Source: Thalia democratica (Eukaryota). From it: a DNA stretch of 64,000 bases. The notes beneath the pieces were generated by a model. The model was not told where the DNA came from, did not search any database, and saw only the letters and a program-made list of their open reading frames with translations. The DNA is taken from positions 46,252,001-46,316,000 of the forward strand of contig OZ241831.1 in NCBI GenBank assembly GCA_965202585.1, given 5' to 3'. The position numbers and the translations under genes are program-made. Shown piece after piece: positions 45,701-56,130 of the stretch. Numbering within the stretch: the first letter of the stretch is position 1; each line of letters begins with the position of its first letter.

Positions 45701-48700
45701 CAGCGGTTCTAAATTGCAATGGTTAATTAAATTAAAAACTTGCACTTTACAAAACATAATCGCGTCAAAAGTAAAGATTCTTGTTTCTTAGTGTTAAATG
45801 GAAGTAGGTAAATATTGATATCTGTAATATATACACTCTTCTTTTTAAACAATTAATTAAGTACAGCTGAAAAAATAAAATTAGATATTTAGATTTTTAT
45901 TTCATAAGACTTTGAATTAAATTTCAATTTAAGATAATAATAAGTCTATATCAACAATCAGACCATTTATTTAAAACTATGTAAAAAACATTACAATAAA
46001 AATCAATATTGTACACTTTAATATTTTTGTTCCTACTTTTAATTAAAATTAAATTTAATTTTACTAGACACACAACTAATATTAATCTAGTGTGTATACA
46101 TTATTTCTAGTCAATGTTTTAAAATGTTTAACACTAATAATTCAGTTATTAGTACCTAAATTAATTCTTAATAAATTCCAAAAATCATATCTCTAATATT
46201 TCGTTAACTACATTAGTGATGAATGGTAAATAAGTTGAAACAAAAGTTAAAAAAAAACTTACAAGGCTTTAAAAAAACTTTAAATACTAAGTAAACTTCA
46301 AAAAAATTCAAACCTCTAAATATTTTGCGAGTTGTTGACCACGTTATTACAAGCATTATCAATTATAATAAATTAATATTTTCATTTATTTTCACAACTA
46401 ATACACTTATGCAATTCAAGTATGATAAAAATTCAAACCTCTAATATTTTGCGAGTTGTTGACGACGTTGTTAGCGGCGGCCTGGACCATGGAAGCGAGA
46501 TTGGACTGGCTCAATATCGACGCTATCGCCTGCTGGGCCGGTGAATAAATGGAAGGCGTCGCCATCAGTGCTGGCGGGTCTGTGTGACGTCATAATGCAT
46601 GTTTATTACGTAATTTAAATGTGAACGTATCTGTTGTGGTATCATAGTACATGTTAATTTATATATTAATATCTATTTCAGGGTTTCCCAAACTTTTTTT
46701 CAAATGGCCTCCTCTGAAGAAATTAAAAAAGCTACGGTCCTCTTCAACAATATTACTTAAACTATTATTGAAAACACTTGAGGCCTTTTTTTTTTCTCTT
46801 CATCCTCCACTCCAGAAAATCTAGTGTAAATTTACTATGACCCCCCTTTGGCCCCTTTGCTGCTCGTGGCCTCCTGAACATCTGTCATGGCCCACTTTGG
46901 GAAACCCTTGTCTACATCCTGGTAAGTCTACGACTAACCTTTATCATTGAAAATTAAACTAAACGGCTGTTAATTGCTCGTGAAAACAACAAACCTCTCA
47001 TGAGGGCGAGCGATTGGGTGACCTGGCCGTTAGCTTCGCTCCCATTGGGCAGATCGGACCTGGTGAAGTCGCGCGACTTGTCGTTGTTGTACTTGACGTT
47101 GAGGCAGGGCAGCCTGCTGAAGTCGATGCGGAGCGTGCAGCAGCCGTTGTATATGTTTTGTCCGTCTAAAGCCTGAAAAAAATGAAATTTAATCAAGTGC
47201 GATTCTTGTTTATTTCAGTTATTAGATATTACGATTGTGCAGCAGCCGTTGTATATCTTCAGTAGACCGTTAAGTGCCTGCGAATTTATAAATTAAAAAT
47301 ATTTATTTGATAGTCAACTTGTTTATTAATTAAATAATACTAAACTAGTATTTACTTAATATTTGTTGTATGTGGTCTGACCGTCTTATGCCTTTAAGTC
47401 AAATGAAAATGTAATTACTAAAAGTTTTTTTAAATATTTTAATGTTTTGACCGTCTAATTCAGGTGTCAGTAAACAGACTTAAAAAAATAAATAACAAAA
47501 AAGTTTTTTTGTAGTAAAAACCATTAACTAGACTCATTTCAATAGTTACCCTTTACTTGGACTTCATCATTATATACTTGACGACATTATGAGTTAAACA
47601 TGCTGAGCTATTTCTATTCGATTACTAATATTTGTTTTACATAAGTGCGGCCCGCGAACATTTTTTTATATAAACGTTAGAAGGCTAACGCCTTTATAGT
47701 TTTTTTATAATGATCAAAAAGTTTTTATAGTAAGTTGTATATGTTCAGACTAATGCCTTAAAAGTGGAAAAAATGTATTCAACTTTTGGTAGCATATATT
47801 TTAACAGTCCAAAGACTATGAAGCTTATAAAAACAGTTTTTGAGCATTAATTTTACTACTTTATAAGTTACATGTTCTGAATATCAAGTGTCATGTTAGA
47901 ACAAAAAAAAGAGTACTTAGGATCTTGTTTTAATTAACAAACAAGAAAATTTAATTATATATATTATTTACTAAATCATGATGAAAAAAGTTAATAAAAA
48001 AGAATTTTTTTAATCAAATAAATTCTGACCACCAAGAAACAACAAGGTTAAAAGTCATTAATTTTTAATTTGTTAACATGTCCGGAACTTTTAACATTTG
48101 AAAAAAGTAAAAATCATTAAAAAACATATGTTGATGTTGTATGGGTTTTTACGGTACAAATGAAAAATTATAAAATAATTAGAGTTATTATGTAAAAGAC
48201 AAAAAATATAATGAAAGGCGGTTATTACTTATTTCTTATTATTTGTTTTGTTACAAGTTGTGATTATCTAATAACTGAAAAATAAGTAAAATGAAGAAAG
48301 TTGACAGATGAATGTAAATCTTCTGTAATTAAAATCTAATAAAATACTAATAATATTGATACTTATGTTTAAACTAATTATGTCAGTATCGGCATATTTC
48401 ATGTTTTAATATTCTAAAACACAATGTAAAAATTCAAATTTTTAATGCTTAAAAACTCTTCTTTTCTTCAAATTAAATATATGTTCCTTTGGAAAAATAT
48501 ATTAGAATATAAACTTTTAATTTTTTAACTTGAAGCGTACAAATAAAACGAAATTGTTTTTGAAATTATTGAAATTATGCTGTACGCAAGACTACATATG
48601 ACTTTATTTTAATATTATTCGGTGAGAACTTTTACTAAAGATCATTATTTGTCTGAAACATTAAAAAGTATTCAAGCAATACAAAAACAAACCTACATAA

Positions 48701-51700
48701 AACTTTTATTAAACAATATAAAAACAAACTCACGAGTTTTGCTTTTTGGGTTTGCAAAGCGTCGGCCATCTGTATGAGGGCTTGAAATTCATCTGAAAAA
48801 AAAATCAATCATCAGAACAAACGTTGTAACAACAACCCGTGATACGCTGTTGTGGTTTGAATAAAGACAATATTGTTTTTAAAGTAGTTTAGTTGTTTTC
48901 TTTAAAGTTATGATAATAGTATTGGCCAAAAGGAAGTAACTTGTTTAAACCTGTGTTTTTGTTAAATAGCAACAGCCTGTTTTTTTGTTAAAAAAATTTA
49001 TTTTATCGAAATGTTAAACAAATGTTTTCTATTTCAGGTTTTGTTACAGTTAATTTTTTAAGTATTTTTAATCGAGCAGCGTTCTTATTTGGAAGTAAAA
49101 AAATTACAAAAAGTTTAAGCGTTTTTCGATTCTCGCAAACAGGTTTTTGGAAGTACAGAATAAATTTACAAAACACTTTTAATTTTCAATTTCACAGTTT
49201 ATAAGATAAAGTAGCAACCTTCGAGTTGCAGACGTTTTAAATTTGCTTGTCGAAATGCCAAATTAATATTTAAACGAATTTCAAACTGATGCTCGGGTTC
49301 CAACAAGAATTTGACAAACAGCGGTAGACAGCAATTTCACGCGGTGAGCAGAAACAATTTGAAAGCGCTTGCATTTTGGAGAAAATTGAAAATATTTTGT
49401 ATAACAAAAACAACTCAAAATGACCAAAATTTTAATTGTTTAAAAAAGAAAGATTAGATTAAGAGAAGCACTTTTCTAGCAGTAGTAGACAGCAATTTCA
49501 CGCGGTAACAGAAAAAATTTCAAAAAACTTGAAATTTGGAGAAAATTGAAAATATTTTGTTAAACAAAAACACTTTGATACAACTAAATGTTCAATCATT
49601 TGTTTGTAACTTGATTATCAAATGTAAAATTAACTTTTCAAAATAACTTGAAAGCTAAAAAATATTGAAAAATCGCAACTTGAAGATACTGTTGTTGATC
49701 AAATGGATCTCGATGCAGATGTACGTCTAAAATAAATAATAAACTTGCAATTAATGCGCAAAAACATTTTCAAAAATGAAACATCACTACTCAAAATATT
49801 GCCGGTCAGAAGCAATGCCGATCTGCGAACGTATAATTAAAATTCGATAAATCACTGGTAACTATAACATGCATGAGCAGTATTGACATTTGGAAACAAA
49901 TAATATTGTCACCCGTAACATGCCTACATTGAATCTGACATTTTACGCTGATCTAATGGAAGTTTGATAGACTATAATGCATGTACAATTTTAAGAGGTA
50001 GCATAAAAAAGGGGAAGTAAATATTTTACTGTTAAGTATTTATCAATCGCCCTTTAAAGTATGCATGGTAAGCTGATTATAATTATAATTAAGAGTACAA
50101 TGTTAATATTGAGTTTGTTTTTGTTATTAAATGTTCGGAAATTATTACATACTTAACTCATTAGCTTATGTTACAGCAAATACACATTAGATTGAAAACA
50201 AATTAAATTAAAAATTAATTATAACTGATTGCACGGTCGAATAGACTTATATAAACTTTTACTAGCTATCATAACAATACTGGAAGTTCTTAATAAACTT
50301 AGAGACGTATTTATCTAAGCAAAGCAAACACTAAATGCCTCTATCAAAATGATAACATTTATTTAATAAATTTTATTTATTTCAATAAAACTAATTTGAA
50401 ACTAATTTGAAACGAATTTGAAACTAATTTGAAAAAAAGTATTAAACTTATTTTAAATTTTTTAATCTTAATTAGAATGCTTTATTTTAACAACTAAAGT
50501 ATCGAAGGCACGCTTATTCAATTAAAATACTTAAATTTAATTAGATACCTAAATATAGTCCAAAAAAGAAAGTTTCTATTTTGAAATGACTATTATTAGT
50601 TTGGGAAACTATAAGTTATTTTAATCACTAAAAAAAAACTTGAAAATTTTTGATTACAGCATTTCTTTTTTAATCAAAAAAACGTTTTAGTTAGTTAATT
50701 TAACTGTTTTATGTTGATTTTTTAAAGTTTACAACTGTATCTTTCTAAAGTTGTAAAACTATGAAACTAACTTTTTAATATTAAAAACTTCCTTAGTTAT
50801 TTTCATTAAATTTAATAATATAAAATTGTTACTTTTTATCTTAAATTTTTTCAACAACTAACCGTAATTTGTGAAAATTATTGTTAAAAAATGCATTATA
50901 CAGACAGCTCGATGAAATCACAAACAAGGGAAGTAGTTAAAACATAATCACTTAGCTTACTCAAGCACTTAAAACTGTTTCAAAGGGACGTTTCGATAGT
51001 TAGATTACATTTATACCTTTAAAATTTACTTTTAAAAACTTACATTTATATAGTTGTAAACTTAACAACTAACTGTTCTTATTGAAAGTGATCACTTTCA
51101 GCACGACGCCGTATTTAGTGAAAATGGTGTTTATGACGTCGATGGTTATGGGGTACACCATATTTTCAACCATTATTCTCAACACGTGGTTCGGGCCACC
51201 TTCTGTCTGCTGCAACGCTTGCAACACCGCCTGGGCTTTCTGTTGAAAAAGTTATTTTTAACAAAATAATTGTTAGTATTTTCCTATGAATTTTTTTTTT
51301 ATTCACCTTATTAATTTAAACTATTATTTAATTTAATAAAAATCAGGTAAAAATTAAGTGAATACAATAAACAAGTTTTATTAGTTTGTTACAACACTGC
51401 CTGGGTTTTCTGTCAGAAAAAATTCAATCAAAATTGATAAACAACAAACATTTTAAGTTTAATATGTTTTTGTTTTTATTTTGTTTTAGTTTTAAATTTG
51501 CCTTAAAGTAATCTATACTTTATAGATATAGCAGAACAACATATATTTAAGGTGCACAAACAAAACAAGTATGTTATTCGTGCTAATTTATATAGTTTAA
51601 TAATATCTATTTAAGTTATATTGGATTTATACAAAAACTATTGAATCTGTACATAGTTTATAGAAGCTTTACTACATATTTTATTATTATTTCTGTACAA

Positions 51701-54700
51701 TATTGGTCATAATTTTCTGGCTAATAATCTTATAAATAAAAAGTATTTGCAAAACTAAAACTTTTTTGTAAAACAAAACTATAAATGTTATACTTTGTAG
51801 ATAAACACAAATTATATTTTTTTAGTAAATTCTAAACAAAAAAAATTAATCTTGGTAATGATAAAACGTAAAATCGTAGGCATTCTATTTTCATAAGTCA
51901 CTGCAAAATAAACTTAAATACTGTGAGATATACTTTTAGTTTTTAACGAAATTATTTATATTTCATTCCGTTGAGTCAGCCTCAATTTAACTGTCAAAGC
52001 GAAAGAAGGTGTATAAATTAAAACATAATTTCATAAAAATATTCTGCTTGCGTTTTCCTCAAAGAAAAACAATTAAATTTAATTTTGAAAAGAGAGTTTG
52101 TAATCACGACGCCAAAGCTTTTCTGATTAAAAACTTCTAAGGTCGCATTTATCGATTTTTATAAAGTTTTATTGAAGGGGTTGTGTATTGCGTGAAGCAG
52201 TTGCGAAATGCAATTTAGCAAACTTGTTGTTGGAAGGAGTTGATGTTTCCAGCATGAATTTGCTAAACAAGTTATGAATAATTAAGTTATTAGAACAACA
52301 ACGAAGCTTTTAATCAATAATTAAATGTGTTTGTTTATAAACGAAGGTGAAATAATTAAATTTTGTATTATATCACAGTGGTACACAAATTAATAAAAAA
52401 AAAAAATCCGTGCTTGTTAGAGGTTGTATGAAAATAGTAAAAACACAAAAAAAAATTTGAATCTTATTAAGTTTTTATACTATTTAGAAATTTAAACTTC
52501 AAACTTTTATAAAAAAGTTCTTATAACTTTTTGTATAAAAGCAAAACAAATTATTTTTTTTAGTTAAGTAGTGAACAACTTCAGAGAAAACTGGCCATAA
52601 AATTGTTATAACAGCTTGAAAATTTTCTACAACAGTTAAGTGTTTATTTATTTTTAAAAGTAACTTTTAGCTCATACTTAAAGTTTCAGTGCAAGATCAA
52701 CCTTTACTTTGCTTTCCAAGCTTTAACTCGTTTTAAAAGATTTATTTTGCAAATACTCAAGCTAACAGGACCATACAACTTTTTCTGCATTTCTTGAAGT
52801 TTGAGCTAATTACATTAAAAGATTTGTCCTTATACAAGTCTCGTGTAGTATGAAACTGCAGACAGCCGAATACAATTTTAATGAGCATGGGAAAAAATTA
52901 TTGATTTTTATATAAGGTTCAGTTAGAAGAGCCTGAGATTTCTAAGTTAACATTACATAACCGTAGATTTCAACAAAGTTAATGCTGTGTTTTTATATTA
53001 GCTGTTATAAAAGTGGTTATGATAAGTCGTTAGAGACTAGACATATATCCAAGACATATGGCTTTAAAACCTAAAATAGGTGCTAATTTTAATATACTTA
53101 TGCTTATACATAGAAAATAAACTTTTTCAAGTTAATTTTGTTTTACCTTGCTAAATCTCTTAACTACTCTAGGAAAAACCAGTAGCTAGGAGTTAAAGTA
53201 TGTGGCACTTTATAAGTCAATAATACTAAACTATAATTACTAGTTTGAAATACTTATTGGTTAATTATTCCTTTTAATTTTACTTGTATACTTTTTTTAT
53301 TACGTTTTATATAAGAACATATCTATTTTATTATTTAGATTTTTATATTTAGATATTTAGAACTAGGTTTTTATATTTTATCAAACTTTGTTTGGTAGTT
53401 GAGTCTTATTATGTTTGTATTATGAACAAAAATAAACAATTTTTTTTATATACAAAACTTTATTTATTTAATGTGTAATTGCCAATTAAATTACTAAAAT
53501 ATTTATTGAATGTTTTATACTTATAATTCTAACAATTTTGCCATTTTTGTACAAAGTTTTACGATAACATATAAAACAGATTTGATAAGTAAAATTTTTG
53601 TTCTATATAGTTATTTAGTTTATATTGTATTCTATAAGTTTCAAAAATTTTCATTTGCATCTGATTTTATAGCTTATATATAACAATAAATCCTGTAAAA
53701 TTTACTACACATTTAAATTATAAGACGCATTACTTTGTATTTTAAACTATTTATATTAATTCTAATTAAGATGGATAGTTTGTTTATGTTTAGTATTTTT
53801 TAGTGTAATTTGTCCAGGTTTTAGGTCAGTTTTATGCAAATACTATATCAACAATTACCATTTGATCTGGTGAAGTATCAGTTTTAAGTTCGTTGTGATT
53901 ACTAAACTGTTTGTATATCATTCTCTTATAGTTAATATCATATCAACAATTACCATTTGATTTGGCGAAGTATCAGTTTTAAGTTCCTTGTGGTTACTGA
54001 ACTGTATGTATATTATTCTCTGCCTTATTGTCGGGGGATTCGATTCGCTGGACATCACCATTTGTTTTGCGACGTTCTCATCTGCCATTTCAAGAAATGC
54101 CTGATTCTTGCCCTGAAGGTTTTACTTTATGATAGAAAAATATACCTAACTGTAATGTTGTAATTAAATACACCTCTTTTATGATTAAAGTAATAACTTC
54201 TTGCTCTATCTTTTTATTTTAGTTATGTTTTTACTATTACAAATTATATAATTACATGTAAAAAAATTACAAAACTTTTAGTTTGGCTACTTACTTTTGC
54301 TTGAAGTAATTTTTTCAGTTCGTTATCAGCAAATTTAAACATTGTTACTAATAGAAAAATAAAGTTTTAACTTAATGCCCTAAAGGTTTTCTCTTTATTG
54401 TGTTTTTACAAGATAAGTAACTCCTATTTGTTTCTATGTTTTTTTGGCTTTTATGAGCACTTAGTAATTTGTGTGTAAACTGTTATAATAGCTTTTTAGT
54501 AGCTCTAATTGACTGCTTTAAAAATAGATAATTGCTTCTTTAAAGGCAAATTTTTATAGCTTCGTGACAGATTTTTTAGTTTCAAATACAAATTGTTTTA
54601 CCCAAATAAAAACATTGAAAAACTTAATAAGAACTTTTTCAATAAATAATCCTTTGCAAACTATAACTTTTCTGACTTAATTGTTTCAAAAATTATAAAA

Positions 54701-54849
54701 TGAATTAAAACCTTGAGCATAAGCACGTTGACAATTTTGCCGTAAGTCATACCCAATTGTATTACTTCAACATCGGTTACGTCCGAAGGCAGGCTTCTCA
54801 AATGGACCACTTTACTGACTTGCTGGTCCGTAAACGGTTCTATCTTAGC
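36688..54849 (-). CDS. PTBP1: Polypyrimidine tract-binding protein (PTBP family, 4 RRMs); 14 confidently placed exons give 506 aa, N-terminus uncertain
   Basis: GT-AG exons in continuous frame: 54849-54712, 54112-53954, 51239-51074, 48792-48734, 47172-46995, 46579-46439, 44908-44784, 44442-44406, 42488-42396, 41335-41220, 38979-38879, 38123-38049, 37848-37785, 36756-36688 (TGA). Diagnostic motifs [76 protein letters not shown]. The symbol denotes the family, not one-to-one orthology. Confidence 0.95.
37785..37848 (-). CDS. PTBP1: PTBP exon, RRM4 ([21 protein letters not shown])
   Basis: ttatag acceptor, gtaagt donor, PTB motif KDRKMAL. Confidence 0.93.
38049..38123 (-). CDS. PTBP1: PTBP exon, RRM4 ([24 protein letters not shown])
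   Basis: ttttag acceptor, gttagt donor, phase 2-2. Confidence 0.92.
38879..38979 (-). CDS. PTBP1: PTBP exon, RRM3-RRM4 linker ([34 protein letters not shown])
   Basis: Near-invariant PTB motif; ttcag acceptor, gtatgt donor. Confidence 0.95.
40811..41000. mobile_element. hAT-like MITE (~190 bp) in a PTBP intron
   Basis: Termini CAGGGGTCGGCAA and TTCCGACCCCTA are inverted repeats; 8-bp flanks gcatatat / gtatatac match at 6 of 8. Confidence 0.55.
41220..41335 (-). CDS. PTBP1: PTBP exon, RRM3 C-terminal part ([30 protein letters not shown]...)
   Basis: aaacag acceptor, gtaagt donor, SKH-x-x-VQLP motif. Confidence 0.93.
42396..42488 (-). CDS. PTBP1: PTBP exon, RRM3 ([23 protein letters not shown]...)
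   Basis: 93 bp, ttcag acceptor, gttaat donor, PTB motif YGDV-RVKILF. Confidence 0.94.
44406..44442 (-). CDS. PTBP1: PTBP small exon ([13 protein letters not shown]), 37 nt (34 nt if the second AG of CAGAAG is used)
   Basis: Restores phase 0 to phase 1 between the flanking exons; resembles vertebrate PTBP1 exon 11 (RVTPQSLFILFG). Confidence 0.88.
44784..44908 (-). CDS. PTBP1: PTBP exon, linker and start of RRM3 (...[13 protein letters not shown])
   Basis: aaacag acceptor, gttagt donor, VL-VSNLN motif. Confidence 0.9.
46439..46579 (-). CDS. PTBP1: PTBP exon, RRM2-RRM3 linker ([24 protein letters not shown]...)
   Basis: GC-rich open block, cacag acceptor, gtttga donor, phase 1-1. Confidence 0.8.
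46679..46909. mobile_element. hAT (Charlie-like) MITE (~230 bp) in a PTBP intron
   Basis: Inverted termini CAGGGTTTCCCAAA / TTTGGGAAACCCT; flanks atctattt / gtctacat are a degenerate 8-bp duplication. Confidence 0.6.
46995..47172 (-). CDS. PTBP1: PTBP exon, end of RRM2 ([19 protein letters not shown]...[14 protein letters not shown])
   Basis: Diagnostic PTB motif; tttcag acceptor, gtttgt donor. Confidence 0.96.
48734..48792 (-). CDS. PTBP1: PTBP exon, RRM2 ([19 protein letters not shown])
   Basis: tttcag acceptor, gtgagt donor, FQAL motif. Confidence 0.92.
51074..51239 (-). CDS. PTBP1: PTBP exon, start of RRM2 (KAQAVLQA...[17 protein letters not shown]...[14 protein letters not shown])
   Basis: caacag acceptor, gttagt donor, PTB RRM2 motifs. 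Confidence 0.94.
53954..54112 (-). CDS. PTBP1: PTBP exon, RRM1 second half (GKNQAFLEM...[19 protein letters not shown])
   Basis: cttcag acceptor, gtaatt donor, diagnostic motifs. Confidence 0.95.
54712..54849 (-). CDS. PTBP1: PTBP exon, RRM1 first half (...[35 protein letters not shown])
   Basis: ttgtag acceptor, GT donor, matches PTB SRVIHIRKLP...LLMLK. Confidence 0.92.
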
Positions 54850-55691
54850 CTACAACACATTTGTAATGATTAAAATTTATGCAAACTTACAAAATCTTAA
54901 AAGCTTGATTTACATTGTATTCTGTTTTAAATCAAACAATTTAAAGTTCTTGACTTAAATAGCTTTAAGAAGATATTTATCTATCTATTTATTTATTTAT
55001 TTATCTATACTGATGATCTCTTATATGCCAATATCCGAGTGAAACATTGTTTTGTTAATAATAAATTGTAAAAATAAATAATAGACAAGTTTGATTTATG
55101 GTAAAAAACTTAAAATGTATATATGAAAAAAATAAAAAAACTTATGTCACTTGAAAACTATTTCTACTGCTATTTTAGGTTTTAAATTATTTTACTTTTT
55201 ATTTCAATAATTGTAAACGAGTCACTTAATTAATAAGTTAACTAGCTATTACAAGTCAAACCTTTTTGGTGGTATTTTCGTAGCTGTTATAACCATTGAA
55301 GTCCTCATTGCTTCTCTATTAAAAATAATTTAAATCAAATATACGTAATTTCAGCCAAATATTAAGAAAAAATAGCTCTTGTTCCTCTCTTAAACCCCTC
55401 AAATGTTCAGTGTTAAAAACATATTGGCAGAGGTTTTTTATTATTGGGTATCACAGTTATTTTTGTTTAAATAACAGCTATTTTAATAGATACTAGTATA
55501 AGAAAAAAAAAATGCTCAAAAATTTGATACTATATTTTAAAAAATATATCTTACAACAACTGCCAACTTTTGATGAACAAAAAAAAACACAGCGCTACTA
55601 AGAGTGCTCAATTTATTAACAACAAAATCCAGAACTGAACTCTACAAAAATACAAAATTATGCCCGATAAATCGAACACCTTTCTGAGTAC

Positions 55692-55871
55692 CTTGGTGGC
55701 GGTTTGAATCGTCACGGGGAAAGTTCTCTCCACAAACTGGTGGTTGAACGCTGGGGGAGGAGAAATGACGATGGAGGGCTGCTCCACGGGCAGCAACGTC
55801 GTCGGAGTTTGGATTATTTGGGTGAGGGGCAAGGTGGTGGGAGGGTGGAGTGGCAAGTAGACGAGTGACAT
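55692..55871 (-). CDS. Candidate PTBP N-terminal exon, 60 aa Pro/Thr-rich (MSLVYLPLHPPTT...TIQTATK)
   Basis: GC-rich open block ending AAG|gtactc in phase 0, matching the phase-0 start of exon 54849. No similarity to the vertebrate PTB N-terminus recognised. Confidence 0.5.
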
Positions 55872-56130
55872 TTTTAATAAAGAGCTAAAAGTGACATTAC
55901 TCATAAGTAGCCAGAAGTAACATTATTAATTATAAAAATGACTTTACCAACAAGTAGCTTAGGCAAGTGACATTTTTAAAAAAGATCTAAAAGTGACATT
56001 ACTCATAAGCAGCTAGAAGTAGCATTATTAATTAAAAAATGACTTTACTAACAAGTAGCTTAGACAAGTGACACTTTTAGTAAAGACCTTAAAGTGACAT
56101 ATACAAGGAGATAAAAGTGACATCATTAAT
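55864..56130. repeat. ~102-bp tandem repeat, about 2.5 copies
   Basis: gtgacattttt..agctaaaagtgacattactcataag recurs at 55865, 55967 and (degenerate) 56068. Confidence 0.85.

Noticed and set aside
50388-50432. 11-bp unit gaaactaattt repeated four times
   Set aside because: Short AT-rich slippage repeat with no sign of function.
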